Positions 24,809 through 36,808 of a DNA stretch of 64,000 nucleotides are shown here, one piece after another. How positions within the stretch are numbered: the first letter of the stretch is position 1; each line of letters starts with the position of its first letter. Where the stretch lies: positions 116,746,001-116,810,000 of the forward strand of contig OX597820.1 of NCBI GenBank assembly GCA_951406725.2. The letters are read 5' to 3'. The position numbers were made by a program, and so were the translations under genes. This stretch comes from Octopus vulgaris (Eukaryota). Below the pieces are notes generated by a model. It saw only the letters and a list, made by a program, of their open reading frames with translations, made no database searches and was not told where the DNA came from.

Positions 24809-25980
24809 GTGGGTTCTTCAAGCATTGAAATTCCTTAAAAAATATCTTTTTGTTTCTTGTTTAAGTTTTTGTTGTTACTTTGTTGTTTTTCTTTTTTTTT
24901 TTTTTTTGCTTTTTCTTTTCTTTTAAGTCTTTAATAAAAGGAGATAATGGTTATTTATATTTGTATGAATAAGGTCATAGGGTCATACAATCAATGAAGT
25001 TGACTGCTGTTTATTTCATAGACCCTAGTAAAGATTGCAATGCCGTATGGTTAAGAAATTTGTTTCATTATCATGGCCATGCAGTGCTGGAAAAAACAAT
25101 TCACTTATCTTAGGAGTATGGGTGAAACAAAAGCTGAAAATAATGGGTAAGACAGAGGTGAGCACAGTATATATAAGTGCAGGAGTGGCTGCGTGGTAAG
25201 AAGATTGCTTCCCAACCACATGGTTTTAGGTTCAGTCCCACTGTGTGGCACCTTGGGCAAGTGTCTTCTACTATAGCCTCAGGCTAACCAAAGCCTTGTG
25301 AGTGGATTTGGTAGACAGAAGCTGTCTACTATAGGTAACAATGTTATGCAAAATATGAAAGCCAATTTATTGCATTGTACATCGGATAATGCTCATGAAA
25401 TTAGTAACAGAAATAATGGAATTGAAAAACACATCCTGTACAAATATAAGATTTAAAAATTTGAAAATTATATAGCTTATGATAAAAAAATAATATTATT
25501 TGGCTCATTATTCCATTCACTAAGTAAATTAAGAACAATTTAGTTGAACCTTTATACAAACTATTTTCCAAAACTTTTACCAAGGAAAATAGATATTATG
25601 ATGTAATTAACACCAGTTTCCTCCATGTGGCTTTTTCTGTTTTGAAGAATATGTCCCAGATTATTTCTGCATTTACATATAATCCTTAAAAATGTTTTAG
25701 CCCAAAGGCCGCGGCCATGCTGGGGCACCACTATATGCATAAGTAACGGTTTTTTAAATGCATTGGTAGCTAAAACACACATATGAGTCTGTCAAGGGTC
25801 AAACAACACATCAGAATGTAGCTCCCTTCTATTAATTTCTTTCTGTGATGAAATACTCAATTAACGATATTCAATATGGAAATTTAATTTAATTTCATTT
25901 TATTTCTCAACTTGGTTTAATTGGAAACAATTGTAGGTGAAATAGAGTTTGACGTTGTTCAGAATTGTATTATTTTCTAA

Positions 25981-26288
25981 CTAGCAGTATCGCCCAGCGT
26001 TGTTCAGGTTTGTAAGGGAATGAACTATATAAGCATTTTTAGAGAGTTACTTCCCTTATATAACCCGAGCAAAAATCATTAAAAATGCGGAAAAAATTAT
26101 GGTAAATTTTTTTTTAAATCGTAGACTAATCATAGACACGCACTAATACCCAGAAGGGTTCGATGTGAATGATGACTATAAGATACTCACTTTTGGTTAA
26201 ACTGCACCGCAAAATCTGGGAGTAGTTAGGAATCTAAATTGGAGGAGACAGAGTCTCACACACACAACTTGAATTTTATATATAAAGA
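25981..26288 (-). mobile_element. non-autonomous Helitron
   Basis: Minus strand starts TC and ends CTAG with a subterminal GC hairpin; inserted between A and T. Confidence 0.75.
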
Positions 26289-26494
26289 TAAATTGGTGTC
26301 TGTATGTCAGTTTCTCCATTTTCTTTTTCTCATACATAAAAAATAGTATTCCCGCATCCATCAATGCAAAACTAACATCTTTGGTTTTTCACTGACACAC
26401 TGGATAAAACTGGGGAACTTGAATGCGTGTGTGTGTGTGTGTGGCAGGTATATAAGTTTGAAGATATGATTATGTATACATATATATTTTTCAG

Positions 26495-26689
26495 TTCTAT
26501 CGCAATTTACCAATTCCTCCTGATATTAGTGAAATTGATCTCAAATTCTTGGTGCAAACTTATGCAGAAATTAGTGACCCAGGCTACATAAATTATAGCA
26601 AACTTGACGTTGATGTCAAAAGATGTCAAGCGGCCAAAGAAGCAGCCAAAGAATTTCCTATTCCTCCACAGTCTGAAACTATTACCAAG
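26495..26689 (+). CDS. EF-hand protein coding exon 4
   Basis: atttttcag| FYRNLPIPPDISEIDLKFLVQTYAEISDPGYINYSKLDVDVKRCQAAKEAAKEFPIPPQSETITK |GTAAGA. Phase 0/0. Confidence 0.9.
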
Positions 26690-26952
26690 GTAAGACACAT
26701 TAAAAACCATTATTTCTAATACTGGTTTCAAATTTCGGCACAAGGCCAGCAATTTCAGGGTAGAGGGTAAGTTGATTACATTAATCTCAGTGCTTAAAGA
26801 TACAAAAGACCTAGATGGGTAGAATATATTAGATGTATTAAAGATTAGCCTTTTTTTCCTAATCCACCAGAACTATGCTATTTTTTTACCCCTTTTCTCT
26901 ATAAACTCTGGTTGTCCCTTATTAAAGAACTTTATGTACATTTGTTATTTAA

Positions 26953-27174
26953 CCCTTTCATTACTGTATTTCTGTTGTGATGCTCTGTTTTTCTTTCAAT
27001 TACTTTTAAATACAACAAAGAATTTAGTAAACTAACTTAGTTATCATTCAGCTAGTGTTAGGAACATAAATTGTGACTAAGGTTTGGTGGAAGATTTTAT
27101 TTCAGAACTTATGAAAACAAGACTTTTGTACTTCAGAGCCAGAAATGGTTTCAGCCGGGTTGGTAACGAAAGGG
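26953..27174. mobile_element. piggyBac-type MITE
   Basis: TTAA on both sides; TIRs CCCTTTCATTAC / GTAACGAAAGGG. Confidence 0.8.
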
Positions 27175-27408
27175 TTAAAGAACAGTCAAATGCTGTATAA
27201 TGTAGGATTGAGAGAGTTCAGTGAATAAAGGGTCAGACAGCAGGTTCGGAGTTGATGAGTTCAACAACACGGCTGGTGGTCCATTGTGTCTTCAAGCAAA
27301 ACAGTTTTACATATCTTGGTTCACCAAGACAACCAGGGACTGCATTTGGACAATGTATTCCCACCAAAACTCCAAATGTGAACTCCATCATCATCATCAT
27401 CATCATCA

Positions 27409-27880
27409 TTTAACACCTGTGCTGTCTGACACCATCATCATTTAACACCTGTGCTGTTTGGCACCATCATTGTTTAACACCTGCGCTGCCTGACACCATC
27501 ATTGTTTAACACCTGTGCTGTCTGACATCATCATCGTTTAACACCTGTGCTGTCTGACATCATCATCATTTAACACCTGTGCTGTCTGACACCATCATCG
27601 TTTAACACCTGTGCTGTCTGACATCATCATCGTTTAACACCTGTGCTGTCTGACACCATCATCGTTTAACACCTGTGCTGTCTGACACCATCATCGTTTA
27701 ACACCTGTGCTGCCTGACACCATCATCGTTTAACACCTGTGCTGTCTGACACCATCATCGTTTAACACCTGTGCTGTCTGACATTATCATCGTTTAACAC
27801 CTGTGCTGTCTGACATCATCATCGTTTAACACCTGTGTTGTCAGACATCATCATCGTTTAACATCTGTGCTGTCTGACAC
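27409..27880. repeat. 32-bp minisatellite, ~15 units
   Basis: Unit TTTAACACCTGTGCTGTCTGACA(C/T)CATCATCG starting at 27409, 27441, 27473 ... 27857. Confidence 0.95.
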
Positions 27881-28239
27881 ACTTGCTCTCTCAGTGGGCA
27901 TTTGTCAAATTCGCAAGTTGGATATTTGGGCTGCAGGCAGAAGTGTTACTCTGCCTGCTGGAATGTCAGAACCGACCTAATGGTTAGCATTTGTGATGGA
28001 TGTGGTAAACTTGTCACTCAGAGCCACCTCAAACCACCCAGGAGTAATGATGCTGGAAGTACATGTAAGGACAGATCACCAGATCACTAATGGGAATAAG
28101 TAACAGACAGAGGAATGTTGTTCCTGACAGACAAATGGTCTTTCCGGAAGATGCTCACTTATTGTTTTGCTATTTGGCTTTGGTGATTTGTGCTTTGGAA
28201 AAGCTTCAAGTCTCATTTACTCAACCAATCAATCACTTA

Positions 28240-28433
28240 CAGTTCTATATTTAAGAGATGAGGAATTATTTACATTATTTACATTTGATGGATATTTGTC
28301 CTCATCTTGTTTGTTGTTAACACAACATTTCGGCTGATATACCCTCCAGCCTTCATCAGGTGTCATGGGGAAAATTTCGATCCTGGGTTCTCATTCCTAA
28401 GGTATTTTTCCAAGTTCGATTCCAGGCAGTGAT

Positions 28434-28470
<37 letters not shown>

Positions 28471-28586
28471 TAATAATAATACCAACAACAACAACAATAA
28501 TAATAACAACAACAAAGAAGATGAGGACAAATATCCATTAAATGTAAATAATGCATATAATTCCTCATCTCTTAAATATAGTACTG
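28240..28586. mobile_element. Penelope-like terminal repeat, inverted arms around a hammerhead and (TAA)n/(CAA)n
   Basis: cagttctatatttaagagatgaggaatt...gtcctcatctt at 28240-28310 is inverted at ~28516-28586; same family as 22050-22270. Confidence 0.65.
28319..28364 (-). ncRNA. minimal type I hammerhead ribozyme motif (Penelope-like element associated)
   Basis: Minus strand reads GACAC-CTGATGA-A-GGCTG gagggtatat CAGCC-GAAA-TG-TT-GTGTT. Core intact; stem I GACAC/GTGTT, stem II GGCTG/CAGCC, vestigial stem III. Confidence 0.7.
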
Positions 28587-28815
28587 GGGAAATGGATGTC
28601 AACACTCTTTACTGCAGACTTATTCCAGATTATTATATATTTCTGTTCTGTGTCTTGTAAACCGTTTAATTACACAAATCTATTACAGCCAGTTTATGAA
28701 TAGCCATTTTACTTTCGTTTTTCTTTCACAAATTTTTCACAAATCTTTTTCACAAATTTTTCACAAATTGTTTTCACAAATCTTTCACAAATTTTTCTTT
28801 CACAAATTCTTTCAG

Positions 28816-29089
28816 TCAGAACCAGAACCAGATAATCCTCTGGCCAAAATCGTTGACAACATTAAAATTGAAGCCTTCAAGAATGGCGTTCGGACAACTG
28901 ATTTCTTCAGAGATTATGATAAACTTAACTGTGGAGCAATAACTGAATCCCAGTTCATAACATCTCTGAAGCTGGGCATAGGAAAAGAAGCCCACCTAAC
29001 GATGAGTGACATCCAAAAAATAGTTGAAGCTAACAGGACCCTTGATGGCAAAGTTCGATACAAGGAGTTCTGTGATGACATTGAAAATG
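28816..29089 (+). CDS. EF-hand protein coding exon 5
   Basis: ttctttcag| SEPEPDNPLAKIVDNIKIEAFKNGVRTTDFFRDYDKLNCGAITESQFITSL...DGKVRYKEFCDDIEN |GTAAAT. Phase 0/1; lies inside ORF 28696..29241. Confidence 0.92.
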
Positions 29090-29181
29090 GTAAATTCTTT
29101 TCTGTTTCATTTACTGTTTTCACTTCTCTCTCTCTCTCTCCCCCTCCCTTTCCCTCTCTCTCCCTTTCCCTCTCTCTGTGG

Positions 29182-29549
29182 ATGGAAGCACTCCATCGGT
29201 TACGACGACGAGGGTTCCGGTTGATCCGATCAACGGAATAGCCTGCTCGTGAAATTAATGTGTAAGTGGCTGAGCACTCCACAGACACGTGTACACTTAA
29301 CGTAGTTCTCGGGGGATATTCAGCGTGACACAGAGAGTGACAAGGCCGGCCCTTTGAAATACAGGTACAAAAGAAACAGGAAGTAAAAGTGAGAGAAAGT
29401 TGTGGTGAAAGAGTACAGCAGGGATCACCACTACCCCCTGCCGGAGCCTCGTGGAGTTTTAGGTGTTTTCACTCAATAAACACTCACAACGCCCGGTCTG
29501 GGAATCGAAACCGCGAGTCCGCTGCCCTAACCACTGGGCCATTGTGCCT
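29182..29549 (-). mobile_element. SINE family C
   Basis: Reverse copy of 20316-20698. Confidence 0.85.
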
Positions 29550-31081
29550 CCACCCTCTCTCTGTACCTCTGTCTCAATGTCATGCGAAGATTGTAAATGA
29601 GCATCATCTTCATACAAGTGACGTTATTCATTTCCAGTTGTCCACGGAAAATGTCTGGTGAGTGTTGGCAACAGGAAGGGCACCCAGCTGTCAAAAATTT
29701 GCTTCAGTAGATTCCATCTGACCCATACAAGCATGGAAAAGTGGACAATAAAACAATGACAATGATAACAACAGGGTAATCATGGTTGTTATTTGGCTCC
29801 AAATCAGCACTGATAACAAATGATTAGACGTATTCCAACCATGGCAGCCCCAACTATTTTTAAGGAATTTGTAGGACCAGATTATTCAGTATGTCTTTTG
29901 CATATTGAAGATGATAGGGTGTCACTTGAGTAAAACCTGGCTACTATTTCTAACACGCCCAACTAACCACACAGAGGCACCTTATCAAACTAGCTTTCTC
30001 TTGATACACACACATACACACTTTATGAAGATGACGTTTTTCCTGATGTCCTGGATGACCCCTGAAGGCTGCTGGACCAAGCCTAACTCTATTCACAGAG
30101 CTGAGTTTCAGCTGTATTAGATGTCGTCCAATACATGGCTGTAATGTGTGTGTGTAATCAACGTTTATTGATTCTGCAGACATGTAGATTTAATAGCAAG
30201 AAGTAATAAAGGAATTAAAATTAGCCAGGAGGGTTGACTGTTGCCAGAATTTTACTGAACAAAGCAAATATTTATTGTTAACATTTCTTTACTGTCCATT
30301 AAGACTGCTGACATCATAGTCTCTTTCTCTCTCTCTCTCTCTCTCACTTGTACAGTAACTAGACATTTCTTTTGCTTTAGCAGCAGTACAAGATCAGCAA
30401 GATATATAGTGAATAGTGTTGATGTAATTGATCGAGTCAATCCTGGCATGTTGTTGGTGTATTAGCATTGGAGAGTGGTTGGGTGTACTTAGAGTGACAA
30501 ACCTCTGATGCGGGTTCAATTCTCAGCCAAGTTATTTCACTTATCTTTGTCCTCTTACATGACAATGTCGTCTGCATACAACAACGTGGGGAGGAGGGAG
30601 GGGTACAATCAGACCGTTTTTTTCTTCTTTTTTTTTTTAATGGAAAAAGCATTTGTGCTGGTGCCATGTAAAGAGAAGCACCCAGTACACTCTGTAAAGT
30701 GGTTGGCACCAGGAAGAGCATCCCACCGTAGAAACCATACCAAAATAGACAATTGGAACCTGGTGCAACTCTCTGGCTTGCCAGCTCCTGAAAAACTGAT
30801 GTTAAAAACAGATGATGGCACCTCAGATGATGACCACCTCGAAAGGGTCCTATCAGAAGCAAATGTCATACTTTCCTGCTGGGTTTCCAAGAATGACCAC
30901 CTCCGGGTCTCCTGCCGGTAGGCTTGGCTTGAAGAAACTGTCTTGTAATTCTTTCCTGCAACATTCTAATCCCATGTCTGTAAAACAACAGCTGTGGCCT
31001 CTCTCAATGCGGAGAATGGCTCAACTTGGAGTGACTCCGCAACCTCCGAGGCATGCATTCTGTCAAGTAATGTTATTCTCT

Positions 31082-31485
31082 TTACTCTCTTTTTACTCTT
31101 TTACTTGTTTCAGTCATTTGACTGCGGCCATACTGGAGCACCGCCTTTGGTCGAGCAAATCGACCCCAGGACTTATTCTTTGTAAGCCCAGTACTTATTC
31201 TATCGGTCTCTTTTGCCGAACTGCTAAGTGACGGGGACGTAAACACACCAGCATCGGTTGTCAAGCAATGCTAGGGTACAAACACAGACACACAAACACA
31301 TATATACATATACATATATACGACGGGCTTCTTTCAGTTTCCGTCTACCAAATCCACTCACAAGGCTTTGGTCGGCCCGAGGCTATAGTAGAAGACACTT
31401 GCCCAAGGTGCCACACAGTGGGACTGAACCCGGAACCATGTGGCTGGTAGACAAGCTACTTACCACACAGCCACTCCTGCGCCTA
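31082..31485 (-). mobile_element. SINE family A
   Basis: Full-length reverse copy. Confidence 0.85.
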
Positions 31486-32014
31486 CTCTAGAGATCCTTT
31501 GGAGAAATTGCATTCCTGCCACTTGTATTTGCAGCCTTACTCTTTTGGTTATTATCCAGCATTCAGTGGTGAGGATGCCAATGAGGATGACAACATTGAT
31601 GACAACTTAGTGATTTACATCCTTGTATTGTAGATGAGGAAAACAAGAAAGATTTTGTTATTCTCAGACTGGAAACCTGGTTGGAATACTAACAGCTAAG
31701 TGACCTCCACTAAAGATATCCAAATGTTGGAATTATTAGAGTGAATAAGTGGATTAGGTCTTTAGGGGGGTGACTTAATAATTCATTGAGAGTTACAGGA
31801 TGTTAGCATTAAAATAAAAACTAGGTGTAGGCTTGGCCATGTAGTTAAGATGTTTGGTTCTCAACTTTATAGTAAGGGGTTCAATCCCACTGTATGACAC
31901 TTTAGGCAAGTGTCTTCTACTAGAGTTTCAGACTGACCAAAGACTTGTGGGTGATTTGGTAGGTGGAAACTAAAAGAAGCCTATTGTATATGTATATGTA
32001 AAATATATATATTT

Positions 32015-32338
32015 TGAGACCCCTTTCAGTCATGAATGACCAAGGGATTGCACCTAGAAAGTTACCTTCCGAGGCACAAGTCCGGTAAGGTTGTTTGTGG
32101 AAGACCAGCAGTCACCCATGCATACCAGACTCCCCTCTCCACACCACTGATGTTATCCAAGGGAAAGGCAAAGGGGCCAATACAGTTTGGCACCAGTGAC
32201 GTTGCAACTCATTTCTACAGCTGAGTGAACTGCAACCACGTGAAATAAAGTGTCTTGCTCAAGAACACAACACGTAGCCTGGTGCAGGATTCGAACTCAC
32301 AACCTCATGATCGTAAGCTTGATGCTCTAACCACTGAG
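32015..32338 (-). mobile_element. tRNA-headed SINE with a CORE-like segment
   Basis: Minus strand: ctcagtggttagagc...gagttcgaatcc...ttcttgagcaagacactttatttcac. Confidence 0.65.
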
Positions 32339-32371
32339 TATGTATGTATATATATATATATCTATATATAT

Positions 32372-32965
32372 AGAAGTAGTCCATAGCTTCCGTTACCTAG
32401 GTGACCAAGTCAGTAGTGGGGGTGGATGCTCTGAGTGCATAGCTGCTAGAATAAGAATAGCCTGGGCAAAGTTCAGAAAGCTCCTACCTCTGCTGGTAAC
32501 AAAGGGCCTCTCGCTCAGAGTGAAAGGTAGACTGTACGATGCATGTGTGTGAACAGCCATGCTACATGGTAGTGAAACATGGACTGTGACTGCTGAAGAC
32601 ATGTGTAATCTTGCAAGAAATGAAGCTCCGTTGGATGTGTAATGTCAGTGTGTGTACATGAATGTGTACCCTGAGAGAAAAGCTGGACATAAAAGAACCA
32701 TCAGATGTGGTGTGCAAGAGAGATGACTGCGCTGGTGTATGGTCATGTGTTGCGAATGAATGAGGACAGCTGTGTGAGGAAGTGTCACATCCTAACAGTG
32801 GAGGGAATCTGTGGAAGAATTAGTGCCAGAATGACCTGGGATGAGGTAGTCAAGCACAACCTTTGAATGTTGGGCCTCACAGAGGCAATGACAAGTGACC
32901 GAGACTTTTGGAGATATGCTGTGCTTGAGAAGACCCGACAAGCCAAGTGAGACCATAACCTTGGC
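32372..32965 (+). mobile_element. RTE-clade LINE 3' fragment
   Basis: EVVHSFRYLGDQVSSGGG...ARIRIAWAKFRKLLPLLVTKGLSLRVKGRLYDACV, then ML.GSETW. Confidence 0.85.
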
Positions 32966-33150
32966 CTATGCCAGTGTTGCTTCTCTTAAGAAGGAACTGG
33001 TTTCTAACAAAAAGATACAAAGCTCCATTGTTGGAGGGTAGACAACAAAAACAATGTTGTATCTTGTCTTGACATGATGGTTGCAAACGAGCGCCACCAT
33101 CATAAAAGCTAAGCTGATTGTTTCCAGTCTTCCAGGAAAAAAAACAAACA

Positions 33151-33317
33151 TAGGCGCAGGAGTGGCTGTGTGGTAAGTAGCTTGCTAACCAGCCACATGG
33201 TTCCGGGTTCAGTCCCACTGCGTGGCATTTTGGGCAAGTGTCTTCTGCTATAGCCCCGGGCCGACCAATGCCTTGTGAGTGGATTTGGTAGACGGAAACT
33301 GAAAGAAGCCTGTCGTA

Positions 33318-33366
<49 letters not shown>

Positions 33367-33586
33367 TGTGTTTGTGTGTCTGTGTTTGTCCCCCTAGCAT
33401 TGCTTGACAACTGATGCTGGTGTGTTTACGTCCCCGTCACTTAGCGGTTCGGCAAAAGAGACCGATAGAATAAGTACTGGGCTTACAAAAAGAATAAGTC
33501 CCGGGGTCGATTTGCTCGACTAAAGGCGGTGCTCCAGCATGGCCGCAGTCAAATGACTGAAACAAGTAAAAGAGAAAGAGAAAGAG
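33151..33586 (+). mobile_element. SINE family A
   Basis: Full-length copy. Confidence 0.85.
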
Positions 33587-34450
33587 ATATCTAGACATGA
33601 AGAAATATCACCTCACTTGTTTCCAAGTGATGGTTGGTGGCAGGAAGGGCATCCTGCTGTGTTGAAAATCTGCCTCAACAAATTCCTGTCTGACTGATGC
33701 AAGCATGGAAAAGTGGATAATAGATGTTTGATGATGGAAACTATAAATGTGGTTGGTGTTTATTTTATTGCCAGTGCAGAGAGGAAAGCCAGAGTGGGAT
33801 TAGAACTTGGAAGCATAAGGGATGAGGATAAATACTGACAAATACTACATAAGCTTTAGTCTGGCATTCTTCTACCTTAGAAAATCCTTCAGTCACTCTC
33901 AGTATTGATTCCTTTTGAAAAAACACAAAGACAATTTTTGTAGAGGAAGGATTTTGTAGTAAAGATTGTTTGCCAACATAACATGGCAGTCCTGGTTTAG
34001 GACGAATGTTGCTGTAATTTAGCCACGGGAGACATCATCTCCAGCTGGCTATACGACACGATCTGTGTCCTTATATTTTTGAACAAGGGAATCTAGCACC
34101 CCCACTCGGCTCCAGACAATATCTGTGTATTGTGATTTCTGGGTTATTTCTCTTCGTTAAATGCAAGTCTAAATGTCTCATAGAATTTAGTTATGACCCT
34201 TTATGTTTTGAATCAGTCTATGAAGATTTGCCCTTCTTTTTCATCTTAATCATTACAAGAACCAATAATGTATGGAGGTTGGTTCAATAATCAATAACCT
34301 CATTCATTTAATAATTACCTTGTGTCTGATCAATAAATATCATCAATAACCCTTACTATTGATCTTCTTAACATTTAACAAAGAATTTCAAGAAGCAATG
34401 ACTTGTATTGTTTGTCCTGAATAATTTTGTGCTTCTTGTCGTCCTTGCAG

Positions 34451-34524
34451 CCTTTACTCGCTGTCATCTCGAGCAAAGACCAACTGAAGAAGTAACCCGC
34501 CCACCCATGGGTGCTCTTAACAGG
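34451..34524 (+). CDS. EF-hand protein coding exon 6
   Basis: gtccttgcag| (A)FTRCHLEQRPTEEVTRPPMGALNR |GTAAGA. Phase 1/0. Confidence 0.88.
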
Positions 34525-34689
34525 GTAAGAAGAGGACATTTTCATAAAATATTTTTGCAAAATGTATTTACTTTTCTACAGTTGTCTGACCGCTGTCATC
34601 AAATTCTTCAGAATTCCATTCCATGAATATCTATGGGTTGTCGTTATGGAACCATGAAATTCGTTTGGAGAAATGTATGCCTTGTTACA

Positions 34690-35596
34690 TGTAATGAATT
34701 CACAAACTTACCGTTAGCTGTGTTCTTGTGTTCTTGTGTTTTGTAACAGGATGAGAGATTCCCGCCCCTGGAGGGGTGCTGCTCGCATCCTTTACATCAA
34801 ATATTAATTGAAGAAAGAGTCAAGGTTTTCCGTTAACTTCAACAGTATAAATTTTTATTCTTTGATTCGCAGGAGTGGCTGTGTGGTAAGTAGCTTGCTA
34901 ACCAACCACATGGTTCCGGGTTCAGTCCCACTGCGTGGCATCTTGGGCAAGTGTCGTCTGCTATAGCCCCGGGCCGACCAATGCCTTGTGAGTGGATTTG
35001 GTAGACGGAAACTGAAAGAAGCCTGTCGTATATATGTATATATATATACATATATGTGTTTGTGTGTGTGTGTGTTTGTGTGTCTGTGTTTGTCCCCCTA
35101 GCATTGCTTGACAACCGATGCTGGTGTGTTTACTTCTCCGTCACTTAGCGGTTCGGCAAAAGAGACTGAAAGAATAAGTACTGGGCTTACAAAGAATAAG
35201 TCCCGGGGTCGATTTGCTTGACTAAAGGCGGTGCTCCAGCATGGCCGCAGTCAAATGACTGAAACAAGTAAAAGAGTAAAGAGAGTAAAGAGAATATAAA
35301 TATTTCCTTCCCCTGGGCGAATCGGCAACCTAGGAGCTTATCGGCAGTAGTCAAGTGGAGTGAGTCAGTCCTGCCTGTTCAAGCATAGCAGAGATGCGCC
35401 ACGAGGTAGGAGCTCGAGAGAGCTTCTGGAGACACTTCTGTATCGTTCAGCTGCTAGCGTCAAAAGAGAGAGATACAAGAGAATTTCACTGCTGCTAGTT
35501 TTCTGCGCATTTGCATGAGGGAACTCCTGGCTGGCCTTCTGGAAGATTCCAACCCTGCGTATGCATGCTGGAGATTTCCAAGATGGCGTCACTACA
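34690..35596 (-). mobile_element. probable solo LTR with a SINE A insertion (34868-35292)
   Basis: Termini TGTAATGA...TCACTACA (TG..CA, 7/8 inverted match), minus-strand AATAAA near 34854, GC-richer body. No TSD seen. Confidence 0.45.
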
Positions 35597-36200
35597 GTTT
35601 GATTTAATTCTGATATTTGGTTCTCCTCCTTTTTCTTTTAATTACTAAATCAAAACAAGTGATGCATTGCAGAGTACCATCCAAGACATGTCTCTATGTA
35701 ATGTATTAATAACCATTTTTAGCATTGTCATCAAGGTGATGAAAATGGTTAGCAAGAGGAATAAAAAGCTCAGCGACCATTTCTTCCAGCTCTTTATGTT
35801 CTGGATTCAAATTTTATTGAGATCAACTTTGCCTGATGCCCTTTCAGGATTTATAAAATAAGTACCAGATGAGGAATGGCATTGATGTAATCAACATAAA
35901 ACTCCCATTAAAATAGCTGGTTTTGTGTGCAAATTTGAAACCTTTTGAAGCCATTATATTATTACTGTCACAATGCTGAATATTTTGTCTTCGGATTCAA
36001 TTGTGCCACACTTCTTTTATTTCCTCATGACCTTTCTTTAATGGTTATCAGACATTGTAGAGTAAAAAAGAGACGAAACTGCTTCTTTTAAAGCTGTAAT
36101 ATGAAAAAAATATTGTGAGAAGTGTAAACTATTTTAGCCAACAATTTCATCCAATGTATTAAAGACAAATCAGTTTGTTATAGGTATAGCTTGCTACAAC

Positions 36201-36600
36201 TCTCTTTTACTTGTTTCAGTCATTTGACTGCGGCCATGCTGGAGCACCGCCTTTAATCGAGCAACTCGACCCCGGGACTTATTCTTTTTGTAAGCCCAGT
36301 ACTTATTCTATCGGTCTCTTTTGCCGAACCGCTAAGTAACGGGGACGTAAACACACCAGCATCGGTTGTCAAGCAATGCTAGGGGGACAAACACAGACAC
36401 ACGAACATACACGCACACACATATATATATACATATATACGACAGGCTTCTTTCAGTTTCCGTCTACCAAATCCACTCACAAGGCATTGGTCGGCCCGGG
36501 GCTATAGCAGAAGACACTTGCCCAAGATGCCACGCAGTGGGACTGAACCCGGAACCACGTGGTTGGTTAGCAAGCTACTTACCACACAGCCACTCCTGTG

Positions 36601-36642
<42 letters not shown>

Positions 36643-36808
36643 TACGACGGGCTTCTTTCAGTTTCCGTCTACCAAATCCACTCACAAGGCATTGGTCGGC
36701 CCGGGGCTATAGCAGAAGACACTTGCCCAAGATGCCACGCAGTGGGACTGAACCCGGAACCACGTGGTTGGTTAGCAAGCTACTTACCACACAGCCACTC
36801 CTGCGCCT
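36201..36808 (-). mobile_element. SINE family A with a tandemly duplicated head
   Basis: Head segment present twice (~36437-36603 and ~36642-36808), separated by (TA)n. Confidence 0.85.

Noticed and set aside
27409-27880. CRISPR-like regular array
   Set aside because: Units are contiguous with no unique spacers, there are no cas genes, and the context is a eukaryotic intron.
28696-29241. Single-exon 181-aa gene
   Set aside because: Only 28816-29089 is exon; the ends are the intronic TTTCACAAAT repeat, a CT tract and SINE C.
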